Positions 54,546-64,000 of a stretch of DNA of 64,000 nt are shown in pieces. The DNA comes from Eledone cirrhosa (taxonomy: Eukaryota): the NCBI GenBank assembly GCA_964016885.1, contig OZ024743.1, forward strand, positions 231,694,001 through 231,758,000, written 5' to 3'. The translations under genes and the position numbers were made by a program. Numbering within the stretch: the stretch's first letter is position 1; each line of letters starts with the position of its first letter. The notes under the pieces are model-generated. The model was not told the origin of the DNA. It did not search any database and saw only the letters and a program-made list of their open reading frames with translations.

Positions 54546-57500
54546 TTTTCTCTTTCTCTTAATTTTGAGTATATTTTTTTGACCGGCCACCTTCCTGGTG
54601 GCAAGGTTGTAAAAGAAAAGAAATTGTCATCCCTTGAATCGCAAGAATGTTTTGCAAATTTTGAAGGTGCCAGCTATCGCAGCCATTTGTAGACTATGAA
54701 TTAAGGAGCTGCGCTTTTTGTCCGCAAATCCAAGTTCAGTCATACTTTGGTCCAAACGGGTTGGTATATAACCCGTAGCACCAATAATGATGGGTATGAA
54801 GCTAAAGGTGTATCTTGGATACTGGATTTGTAAACTCCTCATCAATGGTCCGTAGATGTCCTCCTTCTCCTGTATTTTTCTGACAACGTTTACATCAAGT
54901 GGGCAGCTGATCTCCACAACAGAACACGTTTTCAATGTGTGGTCCCAAACTACAATATCAGGCCGGTTGTGCTTTAATTTGGTGGCAGTTTTTATTTTCA
55001 GGTTCCACCAGTATTCCCTAGTGCCATCTGTCTCAATATATTCTTCCTCGTTTGTTGTTAATTTTGTTTTCCGAAGTGCGTTCCAGATGGTTCTAGCTAT
55101 CCCATCGTGTCTCATAGGGAGGTAGTAGCGAGATCACATTCTTTCGCAGCTGGCAACAATGTGGATTACATCCTCGATCTTTGTTTTACATAGCCTACAT
55201 TTATTGTCAGCTGCTGGCCCTCCTCTTTTGTGCAGCAGATATTTGGTAGGGAGTTCTTGTTCCTGTATTGCATAGAGATATCCCTCAAGGTGTGATGTCA
55301 TAAACTTGTCGGAACTCCATGCCAGGCTTTTTGAGTGGTTTATCCCCTCTATGGTCTGTGTTTTACGCCTCAAGTATCCATGCACAACTTTTTCTGTAAA
55401 TTGGTCAATTTTTTTATCTTGTTTGTACATTGAATAGGATCTTCCGATTTCTCTGGGTGAGAGATTTATATCAGGCTTTATTCCATATCTCTCCTCCAGA
55501 TCAGTCGCTATTCTAATGATATTTCTTTTTTCATGGTCATAAACCTGGGCAAGATGGTTGCCAACCTTTTTCCTCTGTTGAAGGTGTTGCTTCAGTGTTA
55601 CTATCCGGGTCTCATATGTTGTTAATATTGATTTTAGACCCCGGCCACCTTCCTTGCGTGAGAAGTATAGCCTATCCACATCACCATTGATGTTAAAGTT
55701 CCCAGTAACACTGAGAAGTTTTCGAGTTCTAACATCCATCTCACTTAGTTCTTGCAATGACCAGTTCAGTAGGCCAAATGTTGGCGTTAGAATTGGCACA
55801 GCATAAGTATTGTGGGCAATGTATTTGTTGTATGCTGACAGTTCTGATGACCATATTTTCTTTACTCTTCTGAGGTATTCAGTTCTGGTTCTCTCCTTAT
55901 TTATGGGTCCATCATATCTGACATTCTAATCCTGTCCAAGATATCTGTAGTTGTCACCTGACTGCAGAGGTTGTATTGTCAGGCCGTTCATCTCTAGATT
56001 TCTAGAGGAGGGCACAGCTCTTCCACGTTTTACTGCCAAATATGCACACTTGGACTCACCAAATTTCATTTTGTTGTCGGTTGAAAATTGTGTAATGAGG
56101 TCCAATTGTTTCTTGATGTCATTGATATTTGGCCCATACAACTTCAGGTCATCAACAAAGAAAATATGGGAGATACTTCTGGGCCCACTTCTTTGTCCAC
56201 TTTGTTTCCTGAGTAGGTAAGATAGTGGATTCAGTGAGAGAACGAAGAGTAGCACTGACAAGCTATCACCCTGAAAGATGCCCTTCTGGTAATGTATCTT
56301 ATCAGTCTTAACCTGCTTCTTCTCACCTCTAAGGATCAAACTGGTGTACCAGTTCTTGCTCAGGCGTTCAACAGCAGCTACCAATGGTTGTGGGACTTTA
56401 GCTAACTGTAAAGCCTTAACAATCCACCCATGAGGTACACTATCAAATGCTTTTTGATAGTCCAGCCACACGACAGTCATCTTTCTGCGATTCTTTGTTG
56501 TTTTTTCCTGAATCATTTTGTTAGTTAGTAGGTGATCTATGCAACCCCACACCTCCCTCTTTCCACCAGCTTGCTCAGGTGTTATGATGTTGTTGGTAGC
56601 ACAGTGATCCACTAAGAACAGGTTAAGGCACCCAGTATATAATTTATACATGATGTTTTGGCAGGCTATTGGGCGGTAATTTTTAGCAAGGGTTTTTTGG
56701 CTATTTTGGGGAATGAGGAGAGTAGAGGCAGTTGATAACCATCTGGGCAGTTCTTGTGTGCCCTTAATGGTTTCTGTAAACAGCCGTATGAGATATTGCC
56801 GATAGAAAGTGAAATTCTTCAACCAGTATCCTGTAATGAGGTCTGGGCCTGGCGATTTCCTATTCGACATTTTCTGTAGAGCTGATTCCAGTATTGACCC
56901 ATCTATGTCATCTTGTTTTGTCTGGACATGTTGGCAGTAGTCCTGTTCCAGTTCTTTTAGCCAACTAGCTTATCTGTTGAATCCGTCATCCGTTTCCCAT
57001 ACAGATCTCCAGTAGCTCTCAACCTGTTCTTTTGAAGGGGTGTCATTTACAGAGATTGAGCTTTTGCCACCGAAGCTCCGATAAACTGATTTAGGATCTC
57101 TGGCAAACAATCTATTTAGCACTTGTCGTTTATGTGCTGTTGACTTATATTTTAGTCTTTCTTTTGTAGCTGTGAGTTGTTGTTTCAACTGGTGTAATTT
57201 GGAGTTCAAAGTTTTAAATTTTGTATCTCCAAATCGTCTCTCTAACTTTTTCTTTAGGTCTTCCTGATGTCGTGTGAAGTTGCTCTCTATGTTGCATTTC
57301 ATAACGACTACGATGTGTGAGATACTTCGTCTCAGGGACAAAATTTTGGATTTTAAATTTCGCATCCACGCTGGTTCAGGCTTTCTGCTTGTATCTTGAT
57401 TGCGTGGTTTTAGATGTGTGTTATATGATAGCAATGTGACAGCTGAAACATATAACAAAACATTAAGCGTTTCAAATGTCGTTTCTACACCTTTAGATCG

Positions 57501-58672
57501 TATAGCCTTCAGATAACTGCCAGCTATTTCGTTCACCGCTTCCAATTCCAATTTAGTGGGTTCTTTACTGACTCTAGTGTTGTATGGTCTGTCACTCACA
57601 TTAAGGCTGTGTATCTCTTTAAACATATCGTTCCATATCACTTGTAGGGAGCCCACAAGTTTTTGGTGCTCTGTTTGTTCAGTAGAGTCATGAATTTCAG
57701 CCTCGTTGTTGATGTGGTGACAATTACTACTAGAGTCAGCTGACCTTTCTCGCCGTTCTTCAGTGGAAGTGAGATGGATTTCAGCAAAATTGTTGATGAG
57801 CTGTTCACTGTTAGATTTAGCTGGCCATTCTCTTTGTCTGTCAGTGGAGGTGGGGTGGTTGTCTACAAGGGCTGTATTTGTAGTATCACTCAATTCCGTT
57901 AGATGTATCAATTTACATCTAATGATACGTTTTGCCTGTTCATTTAAATGCTTTGGAGAAAAGTCTAATTCTGGGTGTTTGGAGTTCCATAAAGTTTTTA
58001 GCCTTTGCATAAAACCGAACTTTTGGGGTTCAGATTGTTTGTATGCTTCATATAATACTTTGTTAAGCTCGTAGCTCCACTGTGTACAACGGTTATAATT
58101 GCGATTTGGTCGAAGGAGACTTGTACTTTTTGCCATGATGAGTTCGTCTATTCACTAATATTTCGTATTTATTTTTCAAAATAGTCGATGATCTTCTTTA
58201 AAAGTTATGACAAAGTTCTGTCAGAATCAAATTTAAAGTTATTCACAGCTTGGGTAATATTTCTTTTCAGTTAGTTTTTAATTCTACAACTGTGTTTTAA
58301 ACGTTGTTCTTGAATCGTTTGAATCGAGAACAAAAAGAACCGTTACTTAGTATATTCCTTTATGAATGTAATATAATATAACAACGCTGTATTTATATGT
58401 TAAAGTTTATGTATCATTCACATAAATAGGTGTTCTACAACCTATTCACAACATATTCACAGTTCAAACACTTATATTTTTGTTTCTGAATCGAAAACGT
58501 TACTTGTATATTTCTTTATAAATGTAATATAACAACGTTGCATTTATATGTTAAAGTGTATGTATCGTTCATATATCATAAGTGTATGTATCGTTCATAT
58601 AAATAGGTGTTTGTAAATATGTATGTTTGTTTGTAAAGTGTATGTATCGTTCATATAAATAGGTGTTTGTAA

Positions 58673-58680
<8 letters not shown>
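54546..58680 (-). mobile_element. Near full-length R4/Dong-type non-LTR retrotransposon (single ORF 58136-54627 with three nonsense codons)
   Basis: The four track ORFs share one frame. N-terminal WS..LY..GFMQRLK.LW, RT (KSPGPD, NYRPI, LDYQKAFDSVPH, GIFQGDSLS, FFVDD), CCHC (CRLC..HIVASC), RHD and REL (RPDIV..EISCP..EKEDIY). Confidence 0.92.
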
Positions 58681-58703
<23 letters not shown>

Positions 58704-58724
58704 TGTATGTATGTATGTATGTAT

Positions 58725-59190
58725 GTATGTCGGGTGACGCTTGAGTGCTACTGGTAACATGTAACCCAGTATAAGCTGTCGGGTCTTCGGCGACGAAACC
58801 GACAACTCCACCAAGTCAAGTTTACTTGGTGAGAAGGGTGATTTTGGACACCCTGCAGGGCAAAAATCAAAATCTGACAAAGGGCGGAAGAAGTGATGAG
58901 AGTCAACGGCCATCCAAAAGTGTGTAAATATGTCTATACACATGTACCGAGCGGTTAAACCACTGGGAGTGAAGGACCCCTAGCCTTTGTCAGGGCATTC
59001 TTCTAGGAGAACGCAACTCAGGAAACTGGGATAACTCTGATATAAACCTGCAACTCACTAGTTACCGATGATGTTGATCTTTTCTTCTTTTCAGGTTATA
59101 GCTACTGTCGCTCAGAGAGTGGGATTAGCTCAGTGAACAGTCTTTCCTCACTTTAAAAAATATCTTCACGCACAGGCATTGCACGATAGA
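58725..59190 (+). mobile_element. Repeat homologous to the RTE 5' leader (close copy of 60700-60950)
   Basis: GTTAAACCACTGGGAGTGAAG..CCCCTAGCC..CTTCTAGGAGAA..CACGCACAGGCATTGCACGA is shared. Confidence 0.75.
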
Positions 59191-59410
59191 ATTAATTAAT
59201 AATTATTAATAATGGTATATCGTGCAATAGCCATACTCGATAACGAGGGGGCAGCCATCATGTATGTATGTATGTTTGTATGATTGCATGTATGTATGTA
59301 TCCATGTATTTATGTATATATGTATGTATTTATATATGCATGTATGCATGTGTGTATGTATATATGTTTGTATGTACGTACGTATGTATGTGCGTATGTA
59401 TGTATGTTTG

Positions 59411-59443
<33 letters not shown>

Positions 59444-60156
59444 GTGTATGCATGCATGCATGTATGAGGGAACTTATAGATAGGACAACACACGCTGTCT
59501 CTTCGTGGGGTAAGTTTTTAATTAATTTTTGTATTCTGAAACATCAAAATACAACAATTTGTTGGTTACTGGACTCGGGAATGTCACGACAGAAGTTTGT
59601 GGAAGTTACACAAATATTTTAGTATATTTTAGCAGAGCAATCCTTATTTATATTTTACATTTACTTACATCTCAATATAACATGGCTAGAATTCAAATTT
59701 TGCTAAGAGAAGAAAACGGTCAAATGAACTAGATACATCTCACTGTCCACACCACCACAATAACGTCTACACTCTCTCCCCACCATCACATGTCATTACC
59801 ATACCATACCCTATCGAGACTAAAGTCATCGACCTGTTGTCAAACTCTCTACTCTCTGATGAATGTATATATATATATGTGTGTGTATGTATATGTGTGT
59901 ATATACATCACTCAGTCAAACAACCAGATTTCAACCCCAACATCTACAACAACAACAACACCGGCACTAATGTTTACAGCAACAACAGCTTCAGAATGAA
60001 CTGAAATGAACATTTACAACAATTACAACAACAACAACAGCAGCATCAAAACATAAAAAAAGGAAGGGAAAAGAAAAAAGAAAAGGGAAGGGGAAAAAAA
60101 AAAAAAAAAAAAGGAGAAAAAAAGAAAGGAAAAAAAAAAAAAAAACTCAAAATAAC

Positions 60157-60195
<39 letters not shown>

Positions 60196-60961
60196 CAGAA
60201 CAACAACATCAACTGCCACCACCACCACCACCGCCACCGCCGTCGCCATCACCATCACCAGCGACCTTAAGAACAACTTTAATAATAATTTTTCTGCTTT
60301 TGGCACGGATCCAGCGACTGGCAGCGCATCACTGGTACTCTCTTTTGTTGACTCCGTGGAGAGCCATAACTCTATGCTGTAAAGCAATTATAGTAATACT
60401 GGACTGTAATACGATCGGCTTCAACTATACAAACTCTTGAAAGTCAACAGTTGACATAATCTGGTAATCTTGTATCAGTAATGACGGTAATATATATATA
60501 TATATATGTGTGTGTGTGCGTGTAAGTGAGTAGAGTAGCGTGTGTGTGTGTTTGTTGTGTGTGTGAGTGTTGCTGTGTGCACGCATATGTATGCGTGTGT
60601 GTGTATGTCGTACGTATAAGTGTCAATAAGTAATTTTTTTTTTTTTTTTTTTTTTTTTTTGCGCGGGGACATAGAAATAATCGGGCTGGATGCCCGATCG
60701 CGCAGTTAAACCACTGGGAGTGAAGAACCCCTAGCCCATGTCAGGGTATTCTTCTAGGAGAAGGCATCTCAGGAAACTGGGTTAACTCCGATATAAAACC
60801 TGCGGCTCAGTAGTTACCGATGATGTTGATCTTTTCTTCTTTTCGGGTTATAGCTACTGTCGCTCAGAGAGTGGGATTGGTTCAGTGCACAGTCTTTCCT
60901 CACTTTAAAAATATTCGTCACGCACAGGCATTGCACGAGTGCATTAATAATTATTAATAGT

Positions 60962-60998
<37 letters not shown>

Positions 60999-61003
60999 TA
61001 TTA

Positions 61004-61038
<35 letters not shown>

Positions 61039-61047
61039 CCCAATTCA

Positions 61048-64000
61048 ATGATGTTCCAGAACAATGTAAACGAGATAATTGCCAATTTGGGTTCTGGAAC
61101 AAAAAAGATCATTGGCAATAAGGGCAGGGGCCCCAAGTTATCACAACCTGGGCCCGCCCGTCATCGTGCCATTGTAATAGAGCCAAACAGGGCATTTAGT
61201 CTTGGCTGCTGGAACGTACGGACGCTGCTTGACAGGGATTCTTTGGAGCGTCCTGAACGAAGGACCGCTCTTGTTGCGAAGGAGCTTCGACGTTACGATC
61301 TTGACATCGTGGCTTTGTCTGAGACGAGGTTAGCTGGAGATGGTCATCTTACGGAATTTTGTGGAGAATATACATTCTTCTGGAAAGGAAGAGATGAAGG
61401 AACCAGAAGAGAGGCTGGGGTAGGATTTGCTGTTAAGACTGTACTGGTGAATAAATTAGAAGAATTCCCAGTGGGGATTAGTGAGCGTCTTATGTCCATG
61501 AGAGTTCCGCTGGACAAGGGAAGATATGCTACCCTGGTGAGTGTGTATGCTCCAACTATGAATTCTGTCGATGAAGAAAAACTGTCCTTTTACCATGCCT
61601 TGAAAGGTGTTTTAAGAAATATCCCTCAGGCAGACAAAGTCATCGTGCTTGGTGACTTTAATGCTAGAGTGGGTAGGGATTTTAACACATGGAATGTAAT
61701 CGGAAGGCATGGGGTGGGAAAGTGTAACAGCAATGGTATGCTCTTGCTGCAGATGTGTGAGGAGCTGGATCTGTGTGTTACCAACACCATGTTCCAACAA
61801 AAGAACAAATTCAAGACCACATGGATGCATCCTGCATCTAAGGAATGGCATCTTTTGGACTACGTCCTAGTCAGGATGCGTGACAGACAGGATGTGCGGT
61901 GTGTTCGTGTTCTTCGTGGAGCTGAGTGCTGGACGGACCACCGCCTGGTACGCGCAAAAGTGAATCTAATCACCAAACGTAAAATCCGGGCTCCTGGTGT
62001 TACCCTGCCCAAAAGATTGAATGCTGCTCGTCTTAAGGATAAAAATGTGAAGAGGACATTGGAAGAAGAGATGCAGGCTGCAGATCTTGGTGAGGATTGG
62101 CCGACCCTTAAAAAGTCGGTTTATGATGTAGGCAGACGTGTTCTGGGATTGGTGCAGAGAAAACATCAGGACTGGTTTAATGAGAAAGATGTGCATATAG
62201 ATGACTTGTTGGCTGATAAGAGGCGCGCTCTGTCACGCTACTTGACGGCAAGACCACAGGAGAGGAATACGTTGCATGAGGAGCTCAGGGATGTAAAATC
62301 ACGTGTTAGGCGGAGTCTTTCTCAGATGAAGGATCAGTGGTGGAGTGAGAAGGCTGGTGAGATACAAACTGCGTCTGATTGCAATAACACAAAGCTGTTG
62401 TACACTCTCTTGCGTGAGGTTTATGGACCGTCTTCTTCTCTGGTGACACCGATTCGCAGCAAGGATGGCAAAGAACTTCTTCGTGACTCACAGGGAATTC
62501 TACGAAGGTGGCGAGAGCACTTTGATGATCTTTTGAATCAGCCGTCTGTCGTCAGTGAAGATTTCCTCAATCTCATTCCGGAAAGTCCTGTGAAAGTAGC
62601 TCTCGCAGAGCCTCCGACACTTGTGGAGGTTGCAGTGGCTATTTCGAAGCTGAACAGTGGAAGATCTCCAGGTATGGATGGCATACATGCTGAGCTCCTA
62701 CAATATGGTGGTGAGAGACTCCTGCAACATCTTCACTCTCTGTTTGGAGGGATATGGGCTAATGAATCCGTGCCTGAGGACTGGAAAGATGCAGTAATGG
62801 TGGTCTTGTACAAGGGAAAGGGTAACAGGAATGATTGTGGGAACTACAGAGGTATATCATTGCTTTCTGTCGTGGGGAAAGTTTTATGTAGGGTGCTTCT
62901 GGACCGTCTGCTGACACACATTGCAGATTGTGTCCTTCCTGAAAGTCAATCTGGTTTTCGTGTTGGACGCGGCACTACTGATATGATCTTCTCAGCTAGA
63001 CAGCTCCAGGAGAAGTGCATTGAACAGGGCTTGGATCTGTATCAGGTTTTTGTCGATCTGACAAAGGCTTTCGATACTGTCAACAGAGATGCATTATGGA
63101 AGGTTCTCCAGAAACTTGGTTGCCCTGATAAGTTCCTTGCTTTAGTTAGGTCTTTCCATGACGACATGAAGGCTTGGGTTAATGTCGGAGGTAACATGTC
63201 GGAGCCTATCTCAGTAAAAAATGGAGTGAAACAGGGGGATATTCCAGCACCGACCCTGTTTGCCATATACTTTGCAATGGTTTTCTGTATTGCATTCAGG
63301 AATTGCGAGCATGGTGTTTACATCCGATATCGAACCTCAGGCAGCATATTTAACATCAGGCGCTTTGCTGCGAAGACAAAAGTATTTACATCAGTCATAA
63401 GAGACCTCTTGTATGCAGATGATTGCGATCTTGTAGCGCACACAGAGAGTGATATGCAGCACATTTTGAATGTATTTTCTGACGCTTGCACTGCCCTGGG
63501 TTTGACTGTCAGTCTCAAGAAAACCGTCGTCATGTACCAACCTGCACCTGGTAGGCAGTACACTGAACCAAACATCTATGTGTATGGCAAACGACTTGGA
63601 GTGGTTGATCAGTTTGTCTACCTGGGAAGCACTGTCAATCGATACGGCAACCTTGACAGTGAAATCTCACTTAGGATTAGGAAAGCAAGTGATGCTTTCG
63701 GAAAGCTAGAAAGGCGACTCTGGGGTCGGCGAGACATATGCAGGAGGACAAAGGTAAAGGTGTACAGGGCATGTGTACTCTCTTGTCTTCTTTATGGCTG
63801 CGAGACCTGGGTCACATATCGACGCCACCTTAAGCAATTGGAGCGTTTCCATCAGATGTGTCTCAGACGGATACATGGCGTTCACTGGAGGGACCACATC
63901 AGTGATGTCGAGATTTTGGAAAGCTCTATGTGTGACAGTATAGAAGCTCTTGTGCTTAAGCAGCGACTCCGTTGGAGTGGTCACCTTGCCAGGATGAAGG
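61048..64000 (+). CDS. RTE-clade LINE ORF (APE endonuclease and reverse transcriptase), open to the window end; 5' leader from about 60660
   Basis: Manual translation from ATG 61048 found no stop: LGCWNVRTL, DIVALSETR, YAPT, LGDFNARVG, WHLLDYV, TDHRLV, NYRGISLLS, FVDLTKAFDTV, GVKQG, LLYADD, LRWSGHLARM. It is absent from the ORF track, consistent with having no stop codon in the window. Confidence 0.93.
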   Translation, partial: MMFQNNVNEIIANLGSGTKKIIGNKGRGPKLSQPGPARHRAIVIEPNRAFSLGCWNVRTLLDRDSLERPERRTALVAKELRRYDLDIVALSETRLAGDGHLTEFCGEYTFFWKGRDEGTRREAGVGFAVKTVLVNKLEEFPVGISERLMSMRVPLDKGRYATLVSVYAPTMNSVDEEKLSFYHALKGVLRNIPQADKVIVLGDFNARVGRDFNTWNVIGRHGVGKCNSNGMLLLQMCEELDLCVTNTMFQQKNKFKTTWMHPASKEWHLLDYVLVRMRDRQDVRCVRVLRGAECWTDHRLVRAKVNLITKRKIRAPGVTLPKRLNAARLKDKNVKRTLEEEMQAADLGEDWPTLKKSVYDVGRRVLGLVQRKHQDWFNEKDVHIDDLLADKRRALSRYLTARPQERNTLHEELRDVKSRVRRSLSQMKDQWWSEKAGEIQTASDCNNTKLLYTLLREVYGPSSSLVTPIRSKDGKELLRDSQGILRRWREHFDDLLNQPSVVSEDFLNLIPESPVKVALAEPPTLVEVAVAISKLNSGRSPGMDGIHAELLQYGGERLLQHLHSLFGGIWANESVPEDWKDAVMVVLYKGKGNRNDCGNYRGISLLSVVGKVLCRVLLDRLLTHIADCVLPESQSGFRVGRGTTDMIFSARQLQEKCIEQGLDLYQVFVDLTKAFDTVNRDALWKVLQKLGCPDKFLALVRSFHDDMKAWVNVGGNMSEPISVKNGVKQGDIPAPTLFAIYFAMVFCIAFRNCEHGVYIRYRTSGSIFNIRRFAAKTKVFTSVIRDLLYADDCDLVAHTESDMQHILNVFSDACTALGLTVSLKKTVVMYQPAPGRQYTEPNIYVYGKRLGVVDQFVYLGSTVNRYGNLDSEISLRIRKASDAFGKLERRLWGRRDICRRTKVKVYRACVLSCLLYGCETWVTYRRHLKQLERFHQMCLRRIHGVHWRDHISDVEILESSMCDSIEALVLKQRLRWSGHLARMK

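Noticed and set aside
54627-58136. In-frame stops in the R4-type ORF as programmed readthrough or selenocysteine
   Set aside because: Three different stop codons, each one substitution from a plausible sense codon (for example GQD-TAG for GQDE). Ordinary decay explains them.

Overview
AT-rich, microsatellite-dense eukaryotic genomic DNA. The SINE repertoire and the (TA)n/(CA)n/(TATG)n load suggest a coleoid cephalopod (Octopus-like); this is an inference. There is one clear host gene, a single-exon class A GPCR ORF (28647-29852, -). The rest is retroelements: an apparently intact RTE LINE ORF running off the right edge (missing from the ORF track), an R4/Dong-type LINE broken only by three in-frame stops and lying between (TATG)n tracts, a degraded Tx1/L1-type LINE, Penelope-like (PLE) fragments of Poseidon and Naiad type, a non-coding LTR element with a tRNA-Trp-like PBS, a non-autonomous Helitron and many SINEs. 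The most striking signal is a dense set of about 15 non-coding fold-back elements, mostly embedded in (TA)n tracts. They come from many unrelated sequence families, yet many share one architecture: an inverted arm, a type I hammerhead ribozyme (HHR) or its 3' half with a palindromic stem III, and an unpaired 3' tail. Several carry a U3-A8 core variant (TTGANAA instead of CTGANGA). They look like a diverse system of non-autonomous, microsatellite-targeted PLE/retrozyme-like ribozyme elements. All structures were read by eye, not folded or searched. Most other ORFs in the track are microsatellite artefacts.
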